From assembly GCF_001194135.2 (NCBI RefSeq), contig NC_068981.1, positions 41,741,752 to 41,805,751 of the forward strand: a DNA stretch of 64,000 bases, in the 5' to 3' direction. Below the pieces are notes generated by a model. That model worked only from the letters and a program-made list of their open reading frames with translations. It made no database searches and was not told the DNA's origin. Below, piece after piece: positions 37,091 through 49,499 of this stretch. The position numbers and the translations under genes are program-made. How positions within the stretch are numbered: the first letter of the stretch is position 1; each line of letters opens with the position of its first letter. The stretch is from Octopus bimaculoides. Lineage: Eukaryota.

Positions 37091-39164
37091 ATATGTAAAA
37101 TGTAGAAGATGGAAATATACAAATTAAAAATAAAAAAACAGAAGTTTAGTTTTTTTATCATAGTTGCAAATCAATTTGTAAGCTAACTTGACCCTTTAAC
37201 ATTTGTTTTCCTTGCTAGCCTGGGTTTGAACAGGAAGCTATTTGAGGTAGGAGTCTCTTCTGTTTTCAAGGAAGGGATTTTTTAATTCCAGAAATCATCA
37301 TAAGCTCAAAACAATGTCATGTCAACAAGGACTGTCATCACCACCACCATTTTCCAAACAATTGATAAACATGGAATATCAACATTCATGCATATACACA
37401 CCAGTGACATGTCTGTACTTATCTATATTATCCATATATTTTCAAATTTGAATGTACTGACTTAAGAAGTTCTGATGCACATAGGTGGAAGTGTGAGTGT
37501 ATGATTGAGAAGTTTGCTTCCCAACCACATGGCCTTGGGTTCAGTTCCACTGTGTGATACCTTTGCAAATGTCTATTAAAGCCATGAGTCAACGAAAGCC
37601 CTGTGAGTGGATTTGGTAGGTGGAAACTGAAAGCAGCCTGTTGTGTATGCATGTATATGTAGATGTGTGCGAGCTGGTGTCTTTCTTTTGTAAATGTCAT
37701 ATTGTGTCTATTATTTCCAGTCTTCTTTGAAAACATGTCTGGTCACAGGGTAATATAACCCTGCTTAGAAACAGGAGAGGATTGGTGGCATCTGACTACA
37801 GAAAATATGCCTTAATACACCCTGCCTATCCCATGCAAATGTGGAAAAGTGGACATTAAAATGATGATGATGACAGAACATTAGATTATCTGCACAGATT
37901 ATGTAATGAATCTGATTACTAACTTCTTGAATGCTATCAACACAGAGGTTACTTACTTTCCACTGTTGCTATAATTTGAAAAAAATAAAATTTCATTGTT
38001 TTACACATTTGGCAATAGTACAGAAACAAGCTTTAATGTGGTGTATATAAGCTAAAATATAAGTTTGTATTGGTGGAGATTAAAATGCATATGTTAGGAT
38101 TAAAAATCCTTGAGCAAACTTGGAAACATGATCATATGTTAATGGAAGTAGATCTGAAAACATCACTAGCAATATCTCCCAAAAGATGAAATTAATGATA
38201 TCAATTCAACTTGACAACCACACAGGAAATTTCTCACAGATAATAGCTATGTAAACTACCAAAGTATTTGTAATAGTATTGAAATGAATATTAACAGGAA
38301 CTGTAGTTTTCCATTTATAGGTTACTGCATTATCTTCAAAAGACAATTCTCTTTTTTTTTTTTTTTTTTTTTTATTATAGTTTTGATTTATGTTATTCAG
38401 TTGAGGAATAACTATTTTAATAAGTGCTCTCAACAAATGTATGACCAAGATAAAAGAAAAAATATTGAACACTTGAAGGCTCATAATAAAAAAAATTTGT
38501 TATCTTACAACTTGAAGTTAGTTATTTCTCTTTAAATCAAAATAAGCTTTACTTATTCTAAAGAGATGTAATGTATAGTAGAGATAGAGATGTTTGAGTG
38601 AATGAATACAGATCAACAGCTGAGAATGCTTGTGTGTGCACACACGACCACGACAGCTAAACTCACAAATGAACCAGTTCATCAAACTAAACAGTATAGC
38701 TTCATAAAATTGATAAGCATTGTTTAGCTCTATGATAGTCCTGATCAAAGGTGCTCCACACATGATCATTCAATACCCCAACCCCATTCAGTGTATTAAA
38801 GACTACATTAACCAAATTATTCTTTTTCCAATTGGTTATCATATTATATGAGAAATTAGTCGTAAGTTATGAACTGTATAAAAGGATGTAGTATAAATGT
38901 TATGGAAGAAATTATGCAACTGAAACCATTTTTGCTTTTTAAAATAAATCATGGCAGAGTTGATTCAATACAATTAACTATAATAAAATACTGATTTCCT
39001 TGTATTTTAAATAGTGTTAAAAAATGTTAGTGCCTATATCAAATAACTATGATCCATCACTTAAATGCAAAATAGTTATAATGTGGAACTATATTTTCAT
39101 CAGTGGTAAATACAAGTAATGTGCTTCAAATTCAGCATCCATAGAGATAGTGTAAATTTACACC

Positions 39165-39465
39165 TATATTTTCAAGTGAGATCGTTGCCAGTACCGCTGG
39201 ACTGGCTCCTGTGCAGGTGGCATGTAAAATACACCATTTTGAGCGTGGCCATTGCCAGTACCTCCTGACTGGCCTTCGTGCCGGTGGCACATCAAAAGCA
39301 CCCACTACACTCTCTGAGTGGTTGGCGTTAGGAAGGGCATCCAGCTGTAGAAATTCTGCCAAATCAGATTGGAGCCTGGTGTAGCCATCTGGTTCACCAG
39401 TCCTCAGTCAAATTGTCCAACCCATGCTAGCATGGAAAGCGGACGTTAAACGATGATGATGATAT
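39165..39465 (+). repeat. RTE 3'UTR/tail copy
   Basis: ggcgttaggaagggcatccagctgtagaaa...ggacgttaaac(gat)n. Confidence 0.92.
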
Positions 39466-40531
39466 AACAACCAGACTTTAAAGGTGTTAATTTAAAAATT
39501 AAATCAACATTTTACACTTGGTTAGGTTAAATGACAACCGTATTATATCTTTCCAATTAATGAATCTCAGTTCTAAATAAGCTAAATTAACTGATCATTT
39601 CCAAATTAAGTTCTAATTGTATCGGGGATAGAGATCCTATTTCTTAGTTCACTCATGAAATTAATTGAGCAAATCTAATGAACTGAATACATAGAAACCT
39701 TAAAATATGAACACAAATCATTAAACAGTGTATTTTCCACAAATTATAGTCTAATTTCTTACCGCAGGCTTATAGATTTGCAGATAAGGAGCTCAGTCAA
39801 TTGAATTAGCTCCAGTACTGGAATGCTTTCATCAATTCCAAAAAGATGATTGGTTAAGGCAACAGATTTTAGTATAGACTGTACACTGACATACCTAATT
39901 ACCAAAATGCATGTTTTCCCAACAAGACTAGATCTTTTTAAACACCTTAAAGCAGAGGTTACCAAAAGTTGCACCATGGCCAACGCTATGCTGTAAGATG
40001 TATCTAGGTCTGTCATATAAATAATAAAATTATACTTAAAAAACTCAAAAAAATACAAACTAAAACTCTCTAACAGCTATGTTACATATGTTGAATAAAG
40101 AAGTAAGTACATAACATTTTGTAGTTTAAAATTATTTCTTGACTTTATACACAAAGTGTACAAAAATATTTTTATTTGCTGCAAAGTGTGCCACAATCAA
40201 AAACAAAAAAAAAAAAGATGTTTAGGAACCACTCCTCTAACGTATAAGATACTGAAATATAATTTAGTTAGATATTATGGTGCAAATGCGTAACTTCCTC
40301 TTTAAGCAAATTTAGAATTAAAGAATTAAACACATTGTTGTTATACACACAGTCACATTTTTATATACAAACACCTACTTAAATATTCCAGTGTAGTTAA
40401 AATATCCAAATACACTTCTTTAAATAGGTCAGCTGCAAAAAAATATAATTATCATAGAGAAATATCTTCTTGTAAATATATCTCTACATTTGCAACTATG
40501 TTTACAAAAAAGAAAAGGGGCAGTTCTTCAA

Positions 40532-40585
<54 letters not shown>

Positions 40586-40936
40586 TATATATATATCCTT
40601 TGTATTTTTGTATTCTAGAATAAGTCAAAGAAAATCAAAGAATTTCAGATTTATAAGGAACTGTTAATGAGAAATTTCAAATTGACAGACTGACAAAGGT
40701 AGATGCTTGTAATTTCTGCCCTGGATCAGCAGCACACTAGCACAAATACTCAAAGACCCCAGCAGAAAATTTAGACAGCAGCAGAGTCCAAGTGAGTTTA
40801 TAACAACAGCAAAGTGGAAATACTTGGTTGCTAGAATGCTGTAGTATTTTGTTTTATTTTTGTGGTACTGTTCAAAATTGTTCAGTTTGGTACTTGTTAG
40901 GTGAAATTCACTAGTTGCTAGAATGTTTAGAGGTAG

Positions 40937-41007
40937 CTATTGGTAAGAATTTCCAAAAATTGGCTTTGGTGGTAACTGCGATGGATCTTCTATTATACTT
41001 CTGTTTG
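40937..41007 (-). CDS. TIMM17: TIM17 exon 7 (last coding), 71 nt
   Basis: (A)NRSIIEDPSQLPPKPIFGNSYQ*; EDPSQLP and terminal YQ* as in vertebrate Tim17. Total CDS 501 nt = 166 aa + stop. Confidence 0.92.
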
Positions 41008-41220
41008 CTACAAGGATTAAAAAAAAAAAACACAAAAAAGACAATTTAATAGCTAGAATGATGTGTGTTTGCATAAATGTAGATACAGAAACACTAAGAA
41101 ATTGCAGTTAGAATTTATTAACTTTTGTGAAGATTAGGGAAATAATTCAAGCATGTAATAAAATGGTACATTTTTATTTAAGAAACACTTAATAAAATTC
41201 TAAAATAAGGTAATAAAAAT

Positions 41221-41545
41221 ATTAGACATGATATTATGGAGGAGTATTTTTCGTCACAGGCAAGTGAATTTTGGAAGANNNNNNNNNNTAGACATGATAT
41301 TATGGAGGAGTATTTTTCGTCACAGGCAAGTGAATTTTGGAAGAGGGACCTTGCAAGTCTACCAGATAGATGGAAGAGCATTGTAGAAAATGAAGGGGAG
41401 CTTATTATAGAGTGGTTGGCATTAGGAAGGGCATCCAGCTGTAGAAATCTTGCCAAATCAGATTGGACCCAGCTTGCCAGTTCTCAGTCAAACCACCCAA
41501 CCCATGCCAGCATGGAAAGCAGACGTTAAATGATGTTGATGATTG
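41221..41545 (+). mobile_element. mariner transposase C-terminal relic fused to an RTE tail
   Basis: MEEYFSSQASEFWKRDLASLPDRWKSIVENEGE (mariner 'FF.SK..EFY.RGI..LP.RW...VEN.G.Y'); RTE tail from ~41410. Confidence 0.75.
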
Positions 41546-41764
41546 AAAGCATCCCTAAAAAAATTAGTATTAAGGGATTAAAAATGCTATAAAATATAAA
41601 ACAATGATTAAAAAATACACAGAAATAAAAAGGGAGACACATTGTTGGTCTTTTATTTATAAATTTTGCTTATCAATAAAATGTCTAAATAAAGCACATA
41701 ACTTCTAAAGGAATGTCTATGGTTTTATAGCTGGACAAAAAGAAAAAATAAATGTCAAACTTAC

Positions 41765-41839
41765 CGGGATTGAACTGTTCTGCAGAAAACCGGGTAATTA
41801 ATATGCCTACACCTTCAATTAATGCAAGTAGTACACCAC
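41765..41839 (-). CDS. TIMM17: TIM17 exon 6, 75 nt
   Basis: GVLLALIEGVGILITRFSAEQFNP; catcag acceptor and gtaagt donor, phase 1/1. Confidence 0.95.
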
Positions 41840-41914
41840 CTGATGAAAGAAAGAAGGTTGTATTCAAAGGATTTGTGACAAAGCAAATAGAGTGAACACA
41901 TGGTTCAGGGCTGA

Positions 41915-42080
41915 TAAATATCAAGGAGTAATGTGTTCGTAGAGGCCACACCTCATGGGGAATTAGCCCGTAGATTTAGGAAGGCTCTGAAGGACATCAA
42001 ACTCAACATTAAGATTGCTGAGAAACCAGAGAGCTCCATCAGATCACAATTACATAGGACGAACCCCTTCAAAAATACTG
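41915..42080 (+). mobile_element. Penelope-like element fragment (RT-to-GIY-YIG linker)
   Basis: FVEATPHGELARRFRKALKDIKLNIKIAEKPESSIRSQLHRTNPF matches the recalled PLE motif FVPxTPxSELAK...IKIVERxGxxxxxxLxxSNP. Confidence 0.6.
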
Positions 42081-43494
42081 GATCTTTTCTGTTTGGCTTC
42101 CCAATTTTCAATCTCTTCAGTTTCTGTTCAAATTGATTTCATATTTGGTGTAATGTTATAGTTTTATATGCTAAATCAATGCTTTGAAATTCATTTTTGC
42201 CATAAATCAATTAATAAAGAGTTAATAGCTTTTAAATTTTGCAAATCTGGGGTAATTTTAGCCAATTGTAGGCTACAGACACATTCACACCTGTCTTAAG
42301 CTAAGCATGATTACTCTTTTGTCTGTGAGAAAGCACTTGTTGACAAATATATTCTATTCATTGAGGTGGTGGTGAGTTGTGCTAAAAATAACAGCTAAAT
42401 AGGCCTTTTGTTTTGGTTTTTGCATAATTGTATGAATTCCCATGTGCAGAATACAAATTGGCAAAAGTTTTCTGAAAATTCCCCAAAATAAAAAAATTTG
42501 AGGGGTTATATGGAGTGCATGAAGCAGAACTCCACCAGTATTTCATTTGTTTACAGTTGGCAACATGTGCAGTCACGCACAAAATGACAGCTTCCGAATC
42601 CTATTTTCTGACTGGGTGAAATTTATCAAACTTTAAACCTCTATACACAACAGGCACACATGCTTACACATACACAAACTCATATGCATAAACACACTCA
42701 AGCATGCACGCACAAGGAAGTAGAAGTACACATGCATACACACAGACATGAATATGCAAACATGTGCACACTGGCATGCAACAGGATCTCAAGCAGACAA
42801 ATGCAGCCTCCTTAACGGACTAAATCAAAAGTCATTGAAAAGACTGCAAGCAGTAACAAAAGAGCTTTTGACAAACAAAACAAATGACTTACTGTTTAAC
42901 CAAATTAAACAAACAATTGATAAGTTAGTTGGATATTTAACCAATTGACTAACAATAAAAGAATGGAACTGAACCAGTGCATGTGCTAAACAATGGTATA
43001 ATGACTCTCACTAGATACAAAAAAAATTTGTTTCAACACATTCAACTCTATTCGCCAGTGCGTGTGCAGTCAGGCCGTGGAACTCTGCGTGCATTGTTGC
43101 TCCAGCGTCGCCGTTCGTGCTGTGGTACCCCCCCCCGTCGTTTCGGACAACACAGTTCCTCCGGGAGTACATGGAGCTACCTTAATCTTATCAACTCTGA
43201 AACTGTAAACACATCTGATAATTATTCATGAAACAGCTTGAATGTTAATAAAGCTATATTTAGCTTATCTCTATTTATATATATCTTTTATTATTTACTT
43301 GTTTCAGTCATTAGACTGTGGCCAAACTGGAGCACTGCCTTGAAGTGTCTTTAGTTGAATGTATCAACCCCAGTACTTTTCCTAAGCCTGGTACTTATTC
43401 TACAGGTCTCTTTTGCTGAACTGCTAAGTTATTGGGACTTAAAAAAAACAATACAGGTTGCCAATACTTTTGTGTCTGATTATTAGACCTAAGA

Positions 43495-43606
43495 AATCTT
43501 GCTGTAGAAACACTGCCAAATCAGATTGGAGCCTGGTGTACCCATCTGGTTCACCAGTCCTCAGTCAAATCGTCCAACCCATGCTAGCATGGAAAGTGGA
43601 CGTTAA

Positions 43607-43637
<31 letters not shown>
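43495..43637 (+). repeat. RTE tail copy
   Basis: gctgtagaaacactgcc...ggacgttaaat(gat)n. Confidence 0.9.
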
Positions 43638-43638
<1 letters not shown>

Positions 43639-43769
43639 TAAAATGGATCTATAATTAGAGAATTAAAGCTAGGTCCACCACTCATGTATATTATCTGAAG
43701 CACTCTCCATAACAGTTGGAATAATATCTAAAAAGGAAAATTTACCCAAATGAAAGAATATCAACTTAC

Positions 43770-43805
43770 CAATTATTGCTGAACCAACCATTGCACCAGC
43801 ACCAT
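43770..43805 (-). CDS. TIMM17: TIM17 exon 5, 36 nt
   Basis: (N)GAGAMVGSAII(G); ttgcag acceptor and gtaagt donor, phase 1/1. Confidence 0.9.
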
Positions 43806-44861
43806 CTGCAATATAAGAGTTTAAAAAACTACAGACAACAGAAAGAAACTCAAGTTTTATCACATGAAAGTTAGGTATCAGAAGATTCCAAATTAATTTT
43901 CTCCATTTTATGCTAAGAGTAAGAACAATATACAAGACATTTTCAGAATGTCTCCAAGACTGGATGCAGCAAAAGAGAAATAATCACTACAAGGTTACCT
44001 TTAAACTAGGCACTTGGTAAGAATCTTACAGTAGTATTAACTCTGTAAACAATATTTAATTACTAGTTGGAGGTGTTGAACCAGGTGGGAAACAAAGTCC
44101 ATCCAGGTAATTCATCTGATGGATGGACTTCCTTACAGTTTCATGAGGTTTGGGTTAACTGGAAGCAATGGTAAGAGATCTCCTAAATGCAGTGCAATGG
44201 AACCAAACCCAGAAGCATGATTATGAAGTAAACTCTTTAACTGCTCAGTTATTCCTCTAACCACTAAAGTAGGCAAAAGTCTATATTTTAATAAATAATT
44301 TCTTTATGAAGTTAAAGAAGATACAGTTAAAATCTAAATTATACAATTAAATAACAAAATTTGATACATCTTTAAAGTATTAAAAATATTTTGTATGTAA
44401 GATCAATAAGGTATGAAGTTTGTGCCTAAAGTATATTTGGAAAGTTGTTTCAAAGAAATTTGTTGTGAGTGAATTTGTCAGAGAGAGACTGACAAGTAAC
44501 CCACTGTGCATGTATGTTACTGTCTCCTTTCCTTGGCATCACATGATAGTTGTAAACAAGTGTTACCATCATGCAAACAGTGTTCTTCATTTCCAATCTT
44601 CTATGGAAATGTGTTTGTCATAGAGGGTTGGGAGCAGTAAGGGCATCTAGCGAAGGAAGTTCACTTAGTAAATTCCATCCAACACATGCAAGCAAGGAAA
44701 AAAGTATGTTAAAAAAAAAATGATGATAAAAGTAGAAGTAATACTAACCAATAAATTAAAACTAATTACCCAATGAGGTAAAACTAATAAGGTTAAAACC
44801 TTATTTTCAGATTATAATTAAAGCAATATTGGCTTTGTGTGTAATTAAAATTTTAGATATT

Positions 44862-45082
44862 CTAACCCTTCAGCTTTTAAATCAGACATATCTGGCCCAA
44901 ATATTCTACCTGTTTTATGTTCAAAGTGAACAGATCTGGACACTCACAGCTATCCTTCAATGTCATTTTAAAACTGTACAATCACATTATCAAAATCTCA
45001 AAACTATGAGATACTGCTTGACTAATTTGAACAATGTGACTGAATAAGCATTACATTTGACATCTAAATGTAAAAGGGTTAA
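44862..45082. mobile_element. piggyBac-type MITE, same family as 28074-28409
   Basis: (C)TAACCCTTCAGC...AAAAGGGTTAA termini; shared internal 'atctggcccaaatattctacctgttttatgttcaaa'. Confidence 0.75.
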
Positions 45083-45154
45083 CTTTCAATGGAGCCTAAA
45101 TGAAAGGATGTTTGAGTTAATCTTAGAAAATTAGAAATAAAATAGATAACTTAC

Positions 45155-45283
45155 TTCGAATAGAGAGCACGGCTCCTGTCAGTGCACCACTTGTGATTGA
45201 ATTCCAAGGGTCTTCTTTTTTTCGAATATAAACTAAAGAGCAATCAATAGCTGAAAACAGGCCTCCCCAAACTGCAAAATTAC
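45155..45283 (-). CDS. TIMM17: TIM17 exon 4, 129 nt
   Basis: [42 protein letters not shown]; AG and GTAAGT flanks. Confidence 0.97.
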
Positions 45284-45774
45284 CTGTGAGAAAACAAAAA
45301 GACAACTGAAAATAACTTGTACAACTAAATACTGAAATAATATATAAAGCTTAGCTGTCATTTGTTAGTATGACTAGGTAGTCTGTACCATGCTTTTGCT
45401 AATTGTTTTAAGTGCCTATGTAGTCATAGCAAATATAGGCATCTTGTCTGTCAACCTAACTTTGGCCCAGCAGAAAATTGAGAATGTGATAACTGAAGTG
45501 AGAGAGGACTATATCAGCAGTTGGCTGGTATTCATTTTAAGCTTAGTGACTGAAGAAATGTGAAATGATGTACTTTGCTCAAGAACAGCATGTTCTACTT
45601 GGTTCAGGAACTGAACCCATAACCTTACAATTGTGAGCTGATTACTCTTTATCAATAGGCCATATGCTGTTACATGATACACAATAATATAATTATCTCA
45701 AATTTTGACACAAAGCTAGCACTTTTTTTAGAGGGAGGAGATCAGTCAATTAGGTCAACCTCAGTACTTGACTC

Positions 45775-45965
45775 ATCATCATTTAATATCCATTTTCCAT
45801 GCTGGCATGGGTTGGACAGCTTGATAGAAGCTGGCAAAGCCAGGGGCTGCAGCAGGTTCCATAGTCTGCTTTGGTTCAGTTTCTACAGCTAGATACCTTT
45901 CCTAATGCCAACTACTTTACAGAGTGTACTAGGTGCATTTTATGTAGCACCATCACCAGTGCTTT
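45775..45965 (-). repeat. Diverged RTE tail copy
   Basis: catcatcatttaatatcc...catgctggcatgggttggac...tttctacagct. Confidence 0.8.
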
Positions 45966-46502
45966 TACTGGTACTTTATTTTGTCAATCTAGAGAAGATG
46001 AAATGCTAAGACGACTTCAGCAGAAATTGAACTCAGAATATAAAGAGCTGGAAGAAATGCAAAATACTCTGCCAGTTTGCTTCCTAACATACATAATTAT
46101 ATGTACCCAGGCCTATTTCCCATTTTTTTAGGAGAGGGTAACCACAATAAGATACACACCAGGTATTCCATTCAGTAATATAATACATGTGATACAGCTT
46201 TTTTGTGTATACTGAATTTTGGCACATGAATCATAACCTCAAGATAACGAAGAGAATAGTTTTAAAGATATATTTAGAAGTATAAATTTTGAACAGAGAT
46301 TATTTTAGTCACTATCACTTACTTCACAACCCATGCCAGCACAGAAAACGAACGTTAAATGATGACGACGATGATGATATGCATACATACATGGAGTCAG
46401 AGAGAAAGCGTTGCATAATTTTTCAAACAATATTGTTATGGGAGTATGACCTGAGAACAACAAATGGCATCATAAGTACATATAGATACATATAGCACTT
46501 AC

Positions 46503-46566
46503 CACCAGTAACAGGAGCTCTCTGTTTGATGGAAACAAAACTGCCAATTAGTCGTCTGTAATGTCC
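46503..46566 (-). CDS. TIMM17: TIM17 exon 3, 64 nt
   Basis: GHYRRLIGSFVSIKQRAPVTG(G); AG and GTAAGT flanks. Not in the ORF track because it is too short. Confidence 0.93.
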
Positions 46567-48309
46567 CTGGAAAAAATACATAGAAATCAGATTAATATTT
46601 TTGAATAAATAAACAGTTCATAAAAGGACTTAAGGAATATTTGACTCTTTGATATCAACTGTAAATCATTTTGTAATGCTTAATGTTTTAATGGGTCACT
46701 AGTGAAAGTGTCACCAATCATATAATGACTACAGTCATAAATTGCAAGTAAAACGTAATGGCTGAACTGTGAATCAGACAAATACCATACTTTTTGCACT
46801 GTAAACAATATCTATTTAAATCTATGCACTAATAAATGTTAGATTATGAGAAAATCACTATATAGTGGCTTGTTCTGTCAGAAATAGCAGCCAAATAGCC
46901 CTCACATCACACCTCACTGTCTCAAAAAAGAAAGCCATAAAGGATGTCACCCTGGATACACTGAACATGAAAAATGGTGGGATTGTCATTGACAGAATGC
47001 TTTTTGATCACAGTTGACCTGGAGCTAACATCATGTGAATGGCATAATTTAATTACCAGCTTTTTTACATTGTACAGTAATGTCTTGATATATAAGTTAA
47101 TTTGTTCCCAGAGACTGCTTGTAAAACGAAAACTCAAAGCAGAGCAATACTTTCCCATAGTAGCAATGTTATAAATCATACTTCATTCTACAAAAAATAT
47201 TTTATCTATAAAATTTATAATACTTGTAAATAAATGGCAATAAAACAACAGTAGAATGTAAAGAATATTTCATGTAAAGTAAAAAGAATGTCAAGTTCAT
47301 TTATAAAAAATATTACAATTGCATTCTGAATAACTTTCACTAGACTCACATACATACCATCGCTTGTAGATGCAATTGCTGATTCACAAGCACTTGTAGA
47401 CAGACTTGTAGATTTCTTTTTAAAAAACAAGTCTAGAGTAAATGCTTGAAAGTATTTTTCTGCTCTCTATAAATTTCTTGGTAACATGCAGAAGCATTTG
47501 TTATGGTAGTAGAAACTTTTGCACTCAATTCAAAATTTGGAACTTGTGCTTGGAAAATATATTATAAATTAAAATTCGTAAACCTGGGGGTCTCATAAAG
47601 CAGGTCCTCATTAAGTGAGGTATTACTGTACCAAGGAAAATAAAAACAACAAAAAACGTCTGAATGGCACAACTCTTCTCACAGAACATTGAAACCACTT
47701 ATCAAGGTATTACAGAATGATTTGAATCCAGAAACTATGTAGTTGTAAAGCAAATTTCTTACCCTATATAATCTTCAGAAACATGTGACAATGTACCTTA
47801 ATGCAAAATACTGTCATCTGCTGCCCTCCCTCCCAACATATCAAAGACGACTGAATAAGTTGTAAACAAACTCTTTCATCAGCAACTATTTGTTTTCATC
47901 AATTACCAGTATGGCGCCAGAAGAGCTACAGGTGCTTTACAATTGGCATGCACTGCTTCTAAGAACAAAGATAGGGAAAACATTCTCTAATGAAGATGTA
48001 ACAAACAATTCTATCAACAAACTAAGATTTTAGACACTATTGGTTACTGATACTGAACAATATTCAAGTAAGACTTATATTGAAATAATGGTAACAAAAT
48101 TTAGACAGTGCAGCTGTTACAAGTATAATGACACTGTATTCAAACAAATATAATCTGGCAGATTAGTAAAGACTCAATCCCCAACATATTGAAACTGCTG
48201 ATACATAAACTAGCCAGCTGTGCAATACCTTCACTCAGGATCAGCTGGTGCACTTGCTTTTCCAACTCATATCTACTGTCTCAATCAAGAGCATATAATA
48301 AATACTTTG

Positions 48310-48592
48310 CTTACCCACTTAACAGTGTGGACGTAAAATGCATCCAGTCCACATTGTAAAGTGATTGGCATTTGGAACAGCATCCAACAGTAAAAACCTT
48401 GGCAAAAGTGACCTTGCCTGTGCTCATGCCACGTAAAAATCACTCAGTCCTCTCTGCTGAGTGGTTGGTGTTAGGAAGGACATCAAGCTGTAAAAACCCT
48501 TCCAAAACAGACACAAAAGTCTGATGCAGGCTCCTGTCAAACTGTCCAACCCGTGCCAGAATGAGAAGGTGGACGTTAAATGACAGTGATGA
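48310..48592 (+). repeat. Diverged RTE tail copy
   Basis: gttggtgttaggaaggacatcaagctgtaaaa...ggacgttaaatga. Confidence 0.8.
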
Positions 48593-49061
48593 ATCATTTT
48601 ATCTCAGAACTGTCCATGTTTAACCAACAGAAATACAAACTGAACTCACCAGTCCTAGAAGGCCTATAAAATTCGCGAGTGTTGCTTCTCATCCAAGATT
48701 AATGTCATTTTAAATTTACAAATAGAAAGCTTTTCAGAACCCAGAGGCTACTTTGGTTAATCTAATATAAGTTTGAAGTTACTTGCAGTGTGTAACTGAA
48801 ACCCTGTCCACAAAGAAGGAGCTCATTTTTGAGTTTACCATGAAGACAATATCAAATATAATTTGAAAGGAGATAACTAAGCTGACTAAAGGAGATAACT
48901 AGTCCCTTCAATCTCAGTGGTGCAATTCAAAACTATCTCAAATCCTTCATTTTGTCTGCTTTTTACTGCTAGAATGGGTTGGAAAAATAGGTTTCAAGGC
49001 ATTGTTTTATAAATAAAACAGTAATAGAATCCTGAAACATTAAAACAACAAACAAACTTAC

Positions 49062-49161
49062 ACTGGGTGCATTCCTAAATCCTTTGATTCCATGAAATAC
49101 AGACCCTCCTATGGCACCCATAGAAAAGGCACCACCACAATCATCCACTATTCTCCAAGGA
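49062..49161 (-). CDS. TIMM17: TIM17 exon 2, 100 nt
   Basis: [33 protein letters not shown]; polyT-AG acceptor and GTAAGT donor. Confidence 0.97.
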
Positions 49162-49499
49162 CTAAAAAAAAAGATGCAAGGAAAAAGAAATTGAAAAGTA
49201 AAGTGCATTAATTGGAATATAAATATTTTTATATTTAAAAAATTAATTTTATTCATGCCATCAATATATGAAATTCTGAACAAAAAACACGGGACAAAAT
49301 TAGAAATTCGTTTTGTTACTTTATCTGTAAATAATGAAAAAATGTTTCTGTATGGTCTATTAGCTTGGGAAATTAACAGAACACTCCTGTTTTCTTCCTT
49401 ACAGTGTAAAATTAATTATCTTCTACTTATTTTTTTTGCTCAAGTAATAATTCTGAATTTTAGCAATATTGCAAGCTTTTTTAAAAAAGGTACAATCTG

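Noticed and set aside
39759-40058. 99-aa minus ORF ending at a phase-2 donor as the RPAP1 first exon
   Set aside because: No similarity to the RPAP1 N-terminus and no promoter signature; kept only as an option in the findings.
41221-41340. ~58-bp direct repeat flanking a 10-N gap
   Set aside because: Same artefact; not a biological duplication.
47358-47415. Exon-like 58 nt (KSTSLSTSACESAIASTSD) with a gtatgt donor in TIM17 intron 2
   Set aside because: A-rich poor acceptor, frame-shifting length, internal TCTACAAG repeats; TIM17 is complete without it.
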